A stretch of DNA of 64,000 nt, from NCBI GenBank assembly GCA_030652335.1, contig JAUSAW010000002.1:397866-461865 (forward strand), in the 5' to 3' direction. Shown here one piece after another: positions 1-9,087 of the stretch. The translations under genes were made by a program, and so were the position numbers. The DNA is from Gammaproteobacteria bacterium. Its GTDB lineage: Bacteria > Pseudomonadota > Gammaproteobacteria > Francisellales > CACEW01. How positions within the stretch are numbered: the first letter of the stretch is position 1; the number at the start of each line of letters is the position of its first letter. The notes under the pieces are model-generated. The model was not told where the DNA came from. It was given only the letters and a program-made list of their open reading frames with translations, and made no database searches.

Positions 1-612
1 ATTATCTTTAATGCGACGTTGCGGCATATCTCTAATAAACAACCAAATCAAGACCATAATGGCATAACCGATTAAGCCGACGACGGTTAGCGCCGCTCTC
101 CAACCAAGCACATCGATCAGTTGCGTCATAGGACTCTGCGCCATAAAGCCGCCAAACATACCCATGCCAACTACAAATCCAGTCGCCCTTGCCATATGAT
201 GTGAATCCAGCCAGTTAGCAGCGATTCTCACGTTACCGATAAAACAAAAGCCTCCGCCTATACCCATAAGCAATCTAGCGATAATCATTATCGTTAAACT
301 ATGCGATAGCGAAATCATCAAGACTCCACTCGCGCAGCCAAACATAGCCAGGCAAATTAATTTACGTGGGGAGTAACGATCTAATAGGATACCGGCCGGG
401 ATTAAAAATAAAATATTGGTGTAAAAATCTAAACTGGAAACAAATCCCATCGCAGTGGGTGAAAGATGATATTCAGCGGCAATATAGCTTTCAAGCGAGT
501 CAAATATATTGAATAGACCTAATTCATAAAAGAAAAATAATGACGTAAAAAAAACGACCATAGAAGCTTTCATTAAATCTTTAGTGCTAATCCTTGCATC
601 TGCTGCTTGCAT
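1..612 (-). CDS. MFS transporter, N-terminal 204 codons; the gene runs off the left edge of the window
   Basis: Absent from the ORF track because it is truncated. The reverse complement reads ATG at 612..610 then MQAADARISTKDLMKASMVVFFTSLFFFYELGLFNIF...IPAGILLDRYSPRKLI...ARLLMGIGGGFCF, open to base 1. It has multiple TM segments and an MFS motif-A-like LDRYSPRK. The N-terminus resembles the MFS gene at 7909..9087. Confidence 0.75.
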   Translation of the reverse strand, partial: MQAADARISTKDLMKASMVVFFTSLFFFYELGLFNIFDSLESYIAAEYHLSPTAMGFVSSLDFYTNILFLIPAGILLDRYSPRKLICLAMFGCASGVLMISLSHSLTIMIIARLLMGIGGGFCFIGNVRIAANWLDSHHMARATGFVVGMGMFGGFMAQSPMTQLIDVLGWRAALTVVGLIGYAIMVLIWLFIRDMPQRRIKDN

Positions 613-643
613 AATAATCACCCTTTATAGAAATGATGCTATC

Positions 644-1993
644 TTAACCTAGCTTAGTGGGTTCTGGGAAGCCCACTTCTAGCATCTGTAAAATTAAACT
701 TACTTTATCTTGAGTTTCTTGATACTCAGCCTTAAGCTCAGAATCATGAACAATGCCGCCGCCAGCCCAGCAATATAAGGAGCCCCCTTCTCGTAATAAA
801 CTTCGAATAGCAATATTACTATCCATATGCCAATCCCAACCAATATAAAAAATAGTGCCACAATAAGGACCGCGTTGATTAGGCTCCACTTCATCGATTA
901 TTTCCATAGCGCGAATTTTCGGCGCTCCCGTAATCGAACCGCCTGGGAAACAGGCTTGCAATAAGGCAATAGGACTTAAGCCGGGTTTTAATTTTCCGCT
1001 TACTGTACTAACGAGGTGATGTACGGCCGGCAAACTTTCAATCTCAAAAATAGCCGGTACTTTTACCGAGAATGGCTCACACACTTTACTGAAATCATTC
1101 CGTAACAGGTCAACTATCATTAGGTTTTCTGCCCGATCTTTGGGACTATTCACTAGATCCTCCCTCAAAAAATGGTCTCGGATAGGATCCAAAGAACGCG
1201 GGCGAGTACCTTTAATCGGCTTCGTTTGAGCCCAAGGATAATCGATTTGTAAAAACTGCTCGGGTGAAAAGCTTAATATCTCAAAACCATCCCCCTTAAT
1301 AAAGGCAGCAAATTGTGCACGCGATTTTCGTAAATTCTGATACGCTGCAAAGCTCGAGCCAGTAAAGTCAAAACGCAAGCGTTGGGCTAAATTTACCTGG
1401 TAACAGTCACCCTGACTAATATACGACTTTATGCGCTCAAAACAGGATTGGTATAAGGCAGAAGGTAAATTGCTGCTCGGATTTGAAACCTGAAATTCCT
1501 GAGGCGCTAGTGGAGGGAAATCCGATAGGCGCTCAATCAATTCAGGCCACAATAGAGCAGTAGATGGATGCATGCCAGCTGAATATAAATGGGTCGTATG
1601 ATCAGTATGATCGATAACTAAAGCCCAATCGAATATACCTACGACCATATCTGGGCAAGCATATTCTTTTTTAAGTGTGAGCCGCCCTAAGTCATAGCCA
1701 AGCAAACCCACCGCTCCACCACAAAATAGCACACCAGGCTGAGTGGGTTTACGCTTAGAGAGCATTTCTTCTATTAGTTGCAAAGGCGGCTCACTTGAAA
1801 GCCGGTCTTTAGCATTATGCTCAGTTATGGTAGTCTGCTCGCCATGGGTAATCAGCTGCATAAAGGGTTCGGCAACAATGATGTCATAACGACCAGCGCC
1901 CTGACTATTTAACAATATTGGTAGCTTAAGGCTGGCCAAAGCCTGATAATAACGACTACTATCATCGAAATACTGAATACTATGCTGCAGCAT
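644..1993 (-). CDS. pabB: aminodeoxychorismate synthase component I (chorismate-binding enzyme)
   Basis: 449 aa with chorismate-utilising signatures PIKGTRPR, FPGGSITGAPK and GGGIV. PabB is preferred over TrpE or isochorismate synthase on size only. Confidence 0.75.
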   Translation of the reverse strand: MLQHSIQYFDDSSRYYQALASLKLPILLNSQGAGRYDIIVAEPFMQLITHGEQTTITEHNAKDRLSSEPPLQLIEEMLSKRKPTQPGVLFCGGAVGLLGYDLGRLTLKKEYACPDMVVGIFDWALVIDHTDHTTHLYSAGMHPSTALLWPELIERLSDFPPLAPQEFQVSNPSSNLPSALYQSCFERIKSYISQGDCYQVNLAQRLRFDFTGSSFAAYQNLRKSRAQFAAFIKGDGFEILSFSPEQFLQIDYPWAQTKPIKGTRPRSLDPIRDHFLREDLVNSPKDRAENLMIVDLLRNDFSKVCEPFSVKVPAIFEIESLPAVHHLVSTVSGKLKPGLSPIALLQACFPGGSITGAPKIRAMEIIDEVEPNQRGPYCGTIFYIGWDWHMDSNIAIRSLLREGGSLYCWAGGGIVHDSELKAEYQETQDKVSLILQMLEVGFPEPTKLG

Positions 1994-2034
1994 ATTGCAC
2001 TCCCTTCAAGGAGTCATTATAAAAGAGGGATCGA

Positions 2035-2292
2035 ATGACTTCAAATCAAGAATTACTCGAAATGGACATATTAAAATTTTTCAAACAAAGTTTAATTAAG
2101 TATATCCATATAGATCAGCACCTTGGTTTTCAAAAACACTTTATGGAAAATGCCAGCTATAGTCCAGAGCAAGTTCAAGCGGCCCTATCGAATTTAGTGA
2201 GCACGCAGCATATAAACCGACATGGAAACCTGCTCAGCTTGACGGATAAAGGCTCTGATAAGAGTTGCGAAGGACTTGGAAAAAAATCTTAG
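2035..2292 (+). CDS. hypothetical protein (85 aa)
   Basis: ORF with a GGGA-type RBS a few nt upstream (agagggatcgaATG). No recognisable family. Confidence 0.4.
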   Translation: MTSNQELLEMDILKFFKQSLIKYIHIDQHLGFQKHFMENASYSPEQVQAALSNLVSTQHINRHGNLLSLTDKGSDKSCEGLGKKS

Positions 2293-2405
2293 TAAATTTT
2301 TATGAGCAGTTTTTTACAGCTTTATATTTGAAACCAGCATTTAAAAATATATATTAACTGGGATTTTATATTTAAATAGCAGTCCCAAGCAAAAGGAATC
2401 ATATT

Positions 2406-4565
2406 ATGTATAGCTCACCAGCCCCTGTTATGTATAACTTAAAAGCCCCTGAAGGCTCATTTCAAAATCCGCATGTACTTACCATCCCCTATGATGAAGT
2501 TACGCCACCTCTCATGCTTAAACTATATAACTCATTCACCCACATAAGTTGGGGGGGATGGGGCAGCCCAGATTATAAATATGAACACGTCGTTTTAAAA
2601 TTAAATGCTGATCTATTAAAAGCCTTACTAGCAACTACCGAAATTAAAGGGCTGCAAAAAGATTGGTTAACATTTGTTCTGGATGGCATAAAACGAAGCC
2701 CGATTAAGACTCTTAGGGTCGACGCTTCTGGCATTAAATTTAAATCCACTTCAACGGCTGAAGCAGGAGCTGGGGCAAGCTCTCATTTAGTCAAGGCTTC
2801 CACTGCTACATTCAGTTCTCCTTCATCGACTCGAACCAGAGCAAGCGTAACCTCCCCTTCACCAACCTCAACACTTACTACCGAGGATTTCAAAACTTTT
2901 ATTGATTCCCTTGATACCGTTAATAGGGAACCATCCGTTTACCCTGTATTAGCAAGCTTAGATATTAGCAACTGTAACTTAACTCCAGACGATTTACTTT
3001 ATGCTGTAAGCAATTGCCTCTCTAGCTTCTACAGGGCCCTTGGGAATAAGGGAAATCCTAGCGCTAGCACATTCAAAACTCCTGAGATAGTAAACCGTGA
3101 ACTGCTGGTCTTTCAAGTGCCCGCCCTCATAGAAAATGAACCTACAACCCCCTCAGAAGAACGGAAAAAATTCACGACTTCTACAACAGACTCAACCACT
3201 ATAATCCCCTCTAAAATTTACGAAAATCCCTTTGTGCCTATAGTAACCAGTCACGGATATCCACCCTTTAAATACATTGGCGTAGTTTTTATCGATGAAA
3301 GCACCTATAACGAGGCCATGAAGCCTAAACCAATCTATCCAAGAGATTCTATGGGGAATTTTAGCATCGTTGCATGCAATACAATTAAATCTTCGGGCCC
3401 CATCCTAACCAAGGAACATATCCTATTATTGATCTCTCAATATACTCGACCGGACCCCAGAAACACACCAGAAGAAACCTTGCTGCTAGCAAAGTTTCAA
3501 GACGAAGCGCGTATACGAGCGGATAAACCTGCATTAATGGAAAGTCATAAAAAAATATTGGAAGAAAAAACCAAAGCAGAGAAAATCGCCAAAAAAACAG
3601 ATACATTAGTCGAGACTGTCAAGTCTGCATTGGAAAATGCTAAATCAAAAAAACGCCGGGACCTAACAAACGAAGAAATTGACCAAGTTTATCTTAAGCT
3701 TTCTAGAGCCTGTGTTTTTAATACTCTTAATGAAACATGGGTGCCAAGAGCACTAAAACTCACAATAGAGGCAGCAGTGACAAGAGCGAAACTTGCTGAA
3801 ACTAGTGCCATTGAGAGCGCCAATGAGACGGCAGCAGAAGCAAGGCGAAATGATGCCGCCAAATTGCGTAAAGCCGAAAAAGCTAGATTTGAGAGCCAAA
3901 AGATCGAAGAGATTAGAAGAAATCTTATAACACCCCCAGCCAAAAGCTCGGCTGCAACTATGATTGACAAGTCAACTACTGAGACTTCATCACCTAAGCT
4001 TGCCCCTAAAGCTGCCCCAGCGCCAACTCCCGCCAGCCCTTCTGTCGAGAGCCCTGTTGTGGCTCAAGCTCATTATGGATCATTTGGACAAGCAACAGGA
4101 GCTACTGTAGGCTCCGGCTTGGGGCCTACTTTGCCTGGCGCTGCACCAAAACCTACATTACCTGATCAATCTAAAGCCGGTGGAATTGCAAGCGTAATCC
4201 GCAAGCTGCCAAGGATAGAAGCTAATGAAGCATCGAAGCCACTATTAGAAGAGCAGCGTGCTGCTAAGCAAACCTCTGCAGGAGCAGGCACGGGCGCAGC
4301 CAAAGTGAAGGATGCCGCGCAGCCTAGACGACCTCGATTAAATTTTGATATCATCGCTACTGATGATTATGGGAATCCAATACTTGATGCCAAAGGGAAT
4401 CCAGTGAAATTAGTACCTCTTACCTGCCCAACGTCTTTCTATGATAAACATACTGGCGGTTTATGCTTTCCTGGCTGCTGCCCACTTGAGCCAGAATATC
4501 AAGAGGCTCTACGCTATAAATCAACTGCGGAAGATGATGCTGCAACGGGCGCCTCTAAAGGCTAA
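2406..4565 (+). CDS. large orphan protein (719 aa) with S/T/P/A-rich linkers and a central K/E/A-rich coiled-coil-like region; effector-like
   Basis: Long ORF with RBS aaaggaatcatattATG and a terminator directly downstream. Composition is eukaryote-like: STSTAEAGAGASS..SPSSTRTRASVTSPSPTSTL, the KKILEEKTKAEKIAKK..AEARRNDAAKLRKAEKARFESQKIEE block, and a PKAAPAPTPASPS tract. The C-terminus is Cys-rich (LTCPTSF..GGLCFPGCCPLEPE). Confidence 0.7.
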   Translation: MYSSPAPVMYNLKAPEGSFQNPHVLTIPYDEVTPPLMLKLYNSFTHISWGGWGSPDYKYEHVVLKLNADLLKALLATTEIKGLQKDWLTFVLDGIKRSPIKTLRVDASGIKFKSTSTAEAGAGASSHLVKASTATFSSPSSTRTRASVTSPSPTSTLTTEDFKTFIDSLDTVNREPSVYPVLASLDISNCNLTPDDLLYAVSNCLSSFYRALGNKGNPSASTFKTPEIVNRELLVFQVPALIENEPTTPSEERKKFTTSTTDSTTIIPSKIYENPFVPIVTSHGYPPFKYIGVVFIDESTYNEAMKPKPIYPRDSMGNFSIVACNTIKSSGPILTKEHILLLISQYTRPDPRNTPEETLLLAKFQDEARIRADKPALMESHKKILEEKTKAEKIAKKTDTLVETVKSALENAKSKKRRDLTNEEIDQVYLKLSRACVFNTLNETWVPRALKLTIEAAVTRAKLAETSAIESANETAAEARRNDAAKLRKAEKARFESQKIEEIRRNLITPPAKSSAATMIDKSTTETSSPKLAPKAAPAPTPASPSVESPVVAQAHYGSFGQATGATVGSGLGPTLPGAAPKPTLPDQSKAGGIASVIRKLPRIEANEASKPLLEEQRAAKQTSAGAGTGAAKVKDAAQPRRPRLNFDIIATDDYGNPILDAKGNPVKLVPLTCPTSFYDKHTGGLCFPGCCPLEPEYQEALRYKSTAEDDAATGASKG

Positions 4566-4581
4566 TATATCGTCTATTTTG

Positions 4582-4606
4582 AGTGGTCTTTACGGGCCAC
4601 TTTTTT
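4582..4606 (+). terminator. Rho-independent terminator after the 719-aa ORF
   Basis: Stem agtggtc / ggccact with loop tttacg, followed by TTTTTT at 4601..4606. Confidence 0.65.
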
Positions 4607-4664
4607 GACTTGTACTTTCTCTTTTTGTTCTCTATAATTATTTTATAAAACAAAAGGAAGTACT

Positions 4665-4955
4665 ATGAATATCGTTTGCCAAGCTCCTGACTTGATTAGC
4701 TATATGCTTTCAGCGATCAGCACCTTTCGCAATAGGATGCCACAAATCTCGGATGCCGACTTGGATACCTTAAAACAGGCCATTGAATATCAACATCAAC
4801 TCTTACTAGGAAAAAGCCCCAGGGCCAATTCTTCTCAGCCCATGACTGAAATGAGTTTGAATGAGTTATTTTCTGTAGTCGTGCGCTGTGTAGACTGTGG
4901 CCAAACCCTAGCTCAGGCGTTAAGTGCTAGGGCCTATGACACAATGCATAATTAA
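4665..4955 (+). CDS. hypothetical protein (96 aa)
   Basis: ORF with RBS aaaggaagtactATG. No recognisable family. Confidence 0.4.
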   Translation: MNIVCQAPDLISYMLSAISTFRNRMPQISDADLDTLKQAIEYQHQLLLGKSPRANSSQPMTEMSLNELFSVVVRCVDCGQTLAQALSARAYDTMHN

Positions 4956-6133
4956 GCTGCCCTTAAATCACCTAAGACACTTAATATAGCTTGTAATGCC
5001 GCCTCGCCAAGCTTAATAGAACGGGCTGAGGACCAGCCATATTCGCTATCAGGTAAGTTGGCATTGTCTTTAAAAGGCATCTCTAAAACATACGATAGGC
5101 ATCGAAATTGTTCGCCCACATATTGATTCGCTAACGATAGGTTAGCCTGTGTTGGCAATAGCTTGTCATAACCATAGTGATCCTGTAATTCAGGACTAGC
5201 CTGCATAAAGGCTTGCTTAAATTTCTGTTCTACCGCGTGATGCGCTTTATCATAAGAAGGAATCCCTTCGCAACCTGCTAAAAATACATAGGGCAAACCT
5301 TCATCGCCGTGTACATCCAAGAAAAAATCCACGCCAACTTCATGCATTTTTTGCCTTACCACAAAGACTTCCGGGCTTTTTTCCATACTCGGATTAAGCC
5401 ATTGCCTGTTAAGGTCTTGGCCTGCGGCATTGGCTCGTAAGTTGCCCTTTACGCTGCCATCCACATTCATATTTGGCACAATATAAAAAACCGCTTTTTG
5501 CAGCAGTTGGCGTGAGCAAGGGTCCGCCGAGTCTAAAAGCCGATTCAAAAAACCTTCCATAAACCACTCCGCCATGGTCTCACCTGAGTGCTGGCGAGCA
5601 ATTATCCATAGATTTAATTTATCGGCACCAGCCTCACCAATCCTTAGCAAACTTATATCGTGCCCTTCAAGGGTCGAGCCTAAATCGATTACTTTACAAA
5701 GCGGTGATACCTGAGAAAAGGCGATCAAATCTAGATGACGATCAAAACTATAAGGCTCAAAATAGGCATAATACACTTCACTACAATCGGGGGTATGATC
5801 GATGCGTAGCTCACCATTTTCAAATCGGGTGGCTACGCGAAACCATTCCATTCGATCATAGGATGCAACAGCCTGATATTGTTCCCAGCCCGGCAGATAA
5901 GAAGCTTCCCCAGCATTGACTATAGTAATATTACAGGCCTGGTTTTGGGCGCCTTGCAGGCGAAAATAAAACCATTGCTTAAAATCCGCCTGGCTATCAG
6001 GGCGGATTTTTAACCGAATAGTAGAGGGATCACTGGCCTCGATGACCTCAATATTGCCTCCATCAAATTGCGCGCTAACCTTCATAAGCCCTCCTTTATG
6101 CTGGCGCCAGTATAGCAAAGTCTCTAAGCTCAC
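4952..6133 (-). CDS. M14-family zinc carboxypeptidase (cytosolic-carboxypeptidase-like, with an N-terminal beta-sandwich domain)
   Basis: 393 aa. Zn-binding HxxE motif (ARQHSGETMAEWF), a second His in FLDVHGDEGLPY, and about 130 aa of N-terminal extension, typical of bacterial M14D/CCP-like enzymes. Confidence 0.75.
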   Translation of the reverse strand: MSLETLLYWRQHKGGLMKVSAQFDGGNIEVIEASDPSTIRLKIRPDSQADFKQWFYFRLQGAQNQACNITIVNAGEASYLPGWEQYQAVASYDRMEWFRVATRFENGELRIDHTPDCSEVYYAYFEPYSFDRHLDLIAFSQVSPLCKVIDLGSTLEGHDISLLRIGEAGADKLNLWIIARQHSGETMAEWFMEGFLNRLLDSADPCSRQLLQKAVFYIVPNMNVDGSVKGNLRANAAGQDLNRQWLNPSMEKSPEVFVVRQKMHEVGVDFFLDVHGDEGLPYVFLAGCEGIPSYDKAHHAVEQKFKQAFMQASPELQDHYGYDKLLPTQANLSLANQYVGEQFRCLSYVLEMPFKDNANLPDSEYGWSSARSIKLGEAALQAILSVLGDLRAA

Positions 6134-6173
6134 ACCAAATTGTAAATTCTAGCACATAACTCATATTGAAAAT

Positions 6174-7859
6174 TTAAGAGTAAGCATTTTCATCCTCAGG
6201 CAAGGCTCTATAATCGTTAGGCGAAGCCAATGGTGAAGCGATATTAAGCACCACTGCATTCGCAGTCCTAGCATTCTGCGATAAGGGCACGTCGCTAATC
6301 ATTTCAATTACAGGGGGACTGATCACAGCCAGGCCACTAGTCGATGAAGTTTGGCGATGATGAAATGGCAGGCGAGGAGAAGGTAGTTCGACCGTTCTTT
6401 CAACAGAGTTTGCTTGGACGTCTAATAATGCCTGATTAACTATTTCATGAACCACTTCGGGGCGATCTTCTTCAGGGGCCTCTGATATTTTTACTAATCT
6501 ATCATGTAAACTATCAATCGCTGATTTAAACACATTGACATGATTATTACGCATTTCAATATTATATTGATTCCATACCCCAAGAACGACGGCCGCTAAA
6601 ATAAATACAGCTAAATATATCCTCTCTTTACTCTCTGGATTAGCTAAAGGATCCCCAGGTAATGTTGCTCTATAAATATTATTCATGGTCATCGCTTCAA
6701 ATATAGAGGATGCAATGCCCCATATAATTTTTGTCCAAAACTCCCTAGTGTTTGGTAGCGTACGCTCCCCATAGCCTAAACTACCCTCTGGCGGACATTT
6801 TGGTAAGCCTATTAATAGGCTTGGGTCCCTCACGGCGAGGTCATGATATAATTTCCTATAATCGAGAATTACCGGATCAATTTGAATTTGATAATTAAGT
6901 TCGGATAGAATAGCGCCAGCGGCATAGGCAAGGCAGATGAGAGCACCCACGCCCCACATAAAGCCTTTAAATAGCGCGCATTCCGAATCAATCCCGGCCC
7001 TATTTAATACAAACATAGTCCAATAAAGACCCATTGCTAACCCACCCATGGCACCTAATATACCAGGGATGATCAATCGCGATTTCGCAACCTTAGACTT
7101 TGGCAACCCTTTATAGTATTTCAACCTTTGATTCGGTACCACAGGATGACGGATTCGTATAGATCTAACTAAGGCCTCTTGTGAAAGATAGGATACAAAA
7201 CCAATGCCAAAAAATGCCGCATAGCAGCCTAATTGGATAGTGGGTTGAACTCCTAATCGATTATGGTCAACAAAAACAATGAAATCTGCTAAAGTGCCCG
7301 CAGCAAAAGTGGCATCTAATACTGGATGAAGCAATGCCGCCCATTGTTTTATAGTCAACGCGGTGCCTACATTTTTAAGCCAACCTTGATTATTTTTACA
7401 TTTTTTAATAAGCTGCAGTACGTCATAAATCTTCCCTTCTTCATCTGAGCCCGTTTGCAAATAAACGCTAGATAATGGAGAAGTAGCAATCGTTTCAACC
7501 AAGCTTGAAGGGGCCGGGTGACGAGACTGTTTAAAAACATAGGCTCCATAGGCAACTGTTGTAAACCCTGTTAGAACGGAGAGCATAATTTTTGCAAATG
7601 GTGGTAGGTTCTTAGGATTTAGACCCGCAAATATAACCACCAAGGAGTTTAAATAGGATTGGGCAAAACCAAAACCTGCAGTAGAAGCCAGCCTTGACGT
7701 GCTGGCAAACATATAAGTATGTCGCAGAGCATGATATGTCTTATCCCTACTTAGGAAGTACTGCCAGCGGCTTAATTCGACCAAACCAATTTTAGCGTTT
7801 GCACCCTCATGTGCCTGCGCTACAGTGATATACTTACTACGTGAAAAACAAGATCCCAT
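6174..7859 (-). CDS. orphan multi-pass membrane protein (561 aa) with an N-terminal MGSCFS motif; effector-like
   Basis: ATG at 7859 is preceded by ggaagaggtgcataATG (RBS). There are several hydrophobic helices and a polar C-terminal tail ending ..SPNDYRALPEDENAYS. No recognisable family. Confidence 0.7.
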   Translation of the reverse strand: MGSCFSRSKYITVAQAHEGANAKIGLVELSRWQYFLSRDKTYHALRHTYMFASTSRLASTAGFGFAQSYLNSLVVIFAGLNPKNLPPFAKIMLSVLTGFTTVAYGAYVFKQSRHPAPSSLVETIATSPLSSVYLQTGSDEEGKIYDVLQLIKKCKNNQGWLKNVGTALTIKQWAALLHPVLDATFAAGTLADFIVFVDHNRLGVQPTIQLGCYAAFFGIGFVSYLSQEALVRSIRIRHPVVPNQRLKYYKGLPKSKVAKSRLIIPGILGAMGGLAMGLYWTMFVLNRAGIDSECALFKGFMWGVGALICLAYAAGAILSELNYQIQIDPVILDYRKLYHDLAVRDPSLLIGLPKCPPEGSLGYGERTLPNTREFWTKIIWGIASSIFEAMTMNNIYRATLPGDPLANPESKERIYLAVFILAAVVLGVWNQYNIEMRNNHVNVFKSAIDSLHDRLVKISEAPEEDRPEVVHEIVNQALLDVQANSVERTVELPSPRLPFHHRQTSSTSGLAVISPPVIEMISDVPLSQNARTANAVVLNIASPLASPNDYRALPEDENAYS

Positions 7860-7908
7860 TATGCACCTCTTCCAGAAGTTAACAGCGGTTAACGATATGT
7901 TAATAGTA

Positions 7909-9087
7909 TTATTTAGCTAAAAAACTAATGAAAATAGTTGCAGCCAAACAAAGGGGTAGAATTAATATGGCGCATCCATTTGACCATAGCATTAATCCAT
8001 AACCAAATAGCAATTGTACTCCTCCCACGATGATCATTATAAGCATATTGGTTAAAGCCGCTCCAGTACCTGCAGCATGTGAGGGCACTAGCGAATTGAA
8101 TAGCTTCCACACTAAAATTTGAGCACTTGAAAAAAAACCAAATAGAAACATAAGTAATTCAATATAATCAGTTTTTTCTACATGAGCGCTCACAATTGTA
8201 AAGCTTATGGCGCTGGCAAACAAGGCACATGAGCGAATAATAGGCAGCTCATAATGGATCTTATCGGAAATCCATCCCACTAAAGGACTGCCTACGGCCC
8301 ACCCTAAAAACAACAAACTTATACAATAAGCGCTTCGATCCGGACTAAACGCATAATGATGCGATAAAAAATAGCTCCCGTACAAAGCCGCTAGCGCAGA
8401 AGTTGGCGCATAAAATAATCCCCCTATGCTGGCATTTAGCCATAGTGGCTTATTTTTTAATAATACTTTAAGCTCTTGCCACATTTGGCCCCATGTGAGC
8501 GCGTGGCTTTCATCAAAAGGGCGAATCAGCTTTTTCATGCCTAGCCATAAAACCAGGCTCAATATCAATCCGATTACTATCGATCCAGCAAATAGCATCA
8601 TCCAGTTACTGCCGGCAACAAATCTCATGCTGATGACTTCAACATTAGCTGCCATTAAGGTGCCCAGGGCAATGGTTATACCGACCACCCTGCTAAAATA
8701 GCGCGCCGGCAGATAATCTCGAGTCATTTTTAATACACCCAATAAGGCAAAAGCTGACCCCAGGCCTAACACTATTCGCCCAAGCTCAGCCAGTATAGGC
8801 TCCTTTGATCCAATAAATATCAGCAAACCAAGCACACTAATCAATCCAGCCAATGGCAGCACTCTATTTGCGCCATAACGGTCTAAGATGATTCCCGCTG
8901 GAAGCTGTCCTAAGGCATAACTAAGATAATAACTCGCTAAAATTTCCGTTATGACTAGAGGAGTAACGTTAAAATGCAGCATTAAGGGCCCCAAAATGGT
9001 GCTGGGAAAGATCCTTAAATAGAATTCATAACAATAAAATACTATCGCCACTATGATGACCAAGCATGATAAGCAACGATTATTCAT
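7909..9087 (-). CDS. MFS transporter
   Basis: 392 aa, about 12 TM segments, GQLPAGIILDRYGANRVL motif-A region. Its stop abuts the phrB start. Confidence 0.8.
   Translation of the reverse strand: MNNRCLSCLVIIVAIVFYCYEFYLRIFPSTILGPLMLHFNVTPLVITEILASYYLSYALGQLPAGIILDRYGANRVLPLAGLISVLGLLIFIGSKEPILAELGRIVLGLGSAFALLGVLKMTRDYLPARYFSRVVGITIALGTLMAANVEVISMRFVAGSNWMMLFAGSIVIGLILSLVLWLGMKKLIRPFDESHALTWGQMWQELKVLLKNKPLWLNASIGGLFYAPTSALAALYGSYFLSHHYAFSPDRSAYCISLLFLGWAVGSPLVGWISDKIHYELPIIRSCALFASAISFTIVSAHVEKTDYIELLMFLFGFFSSAQILVWKLFNSLVPSHAAGTGAALTNMLIMIIVGGVQLLFGYGLMLWSNGCAILILPLCLAATIFISFLAK

Noticed and set aside
3385-4354. Track ORFs 3385..3606, 3689..3970 and 4166..4354 on the minus strand.
   Set aside because: They are antisense shadow ORFs wholly inside the 719-aa plus-strand gene. 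They have low-complexity mirror composition and no RBS. The same reasoning applies to the other short ORFs nested antisense in well-supported genes: 700..894, 5704..5919, 7367..7555, 7925..8110, 8426..8701, 10189..10419, 12297..12491, 12734..12943, 15778..16011, 17789..17977, 18325..18642, 20482..20700, 21962..22738, 22988..23523, 24566..24751, 26053..26295, 27230..27436, 28538..28729, 29920..30337, 33745..33978, 36551..36745, 37491..38962, 39958..40167, 44390..44817, 46584..46796, 48492..48719, 56024..57025, 58535..58723, 61489..61701 and 62061..62351.
4952-4966. Other TTAA-N7-TTAA pairs at 4952/4963, 16208/16219, 29179/29190, 30415/30426, 33013/33024, 37151/37162 and 41767/41778.
   Set aside because: Almost all lie inside coding sequence. 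None combines the extended core with a TAnnnT hexamer 11 nt downstream. None precedes a gene start in the right orientation. A few such pairs are expected by chance in AT-rich DNA. 33013..33028 (TTAATAAAGTTTTAAG) is the closest to consensus, but it sits inside nif3 and has wrong -10 phasing.
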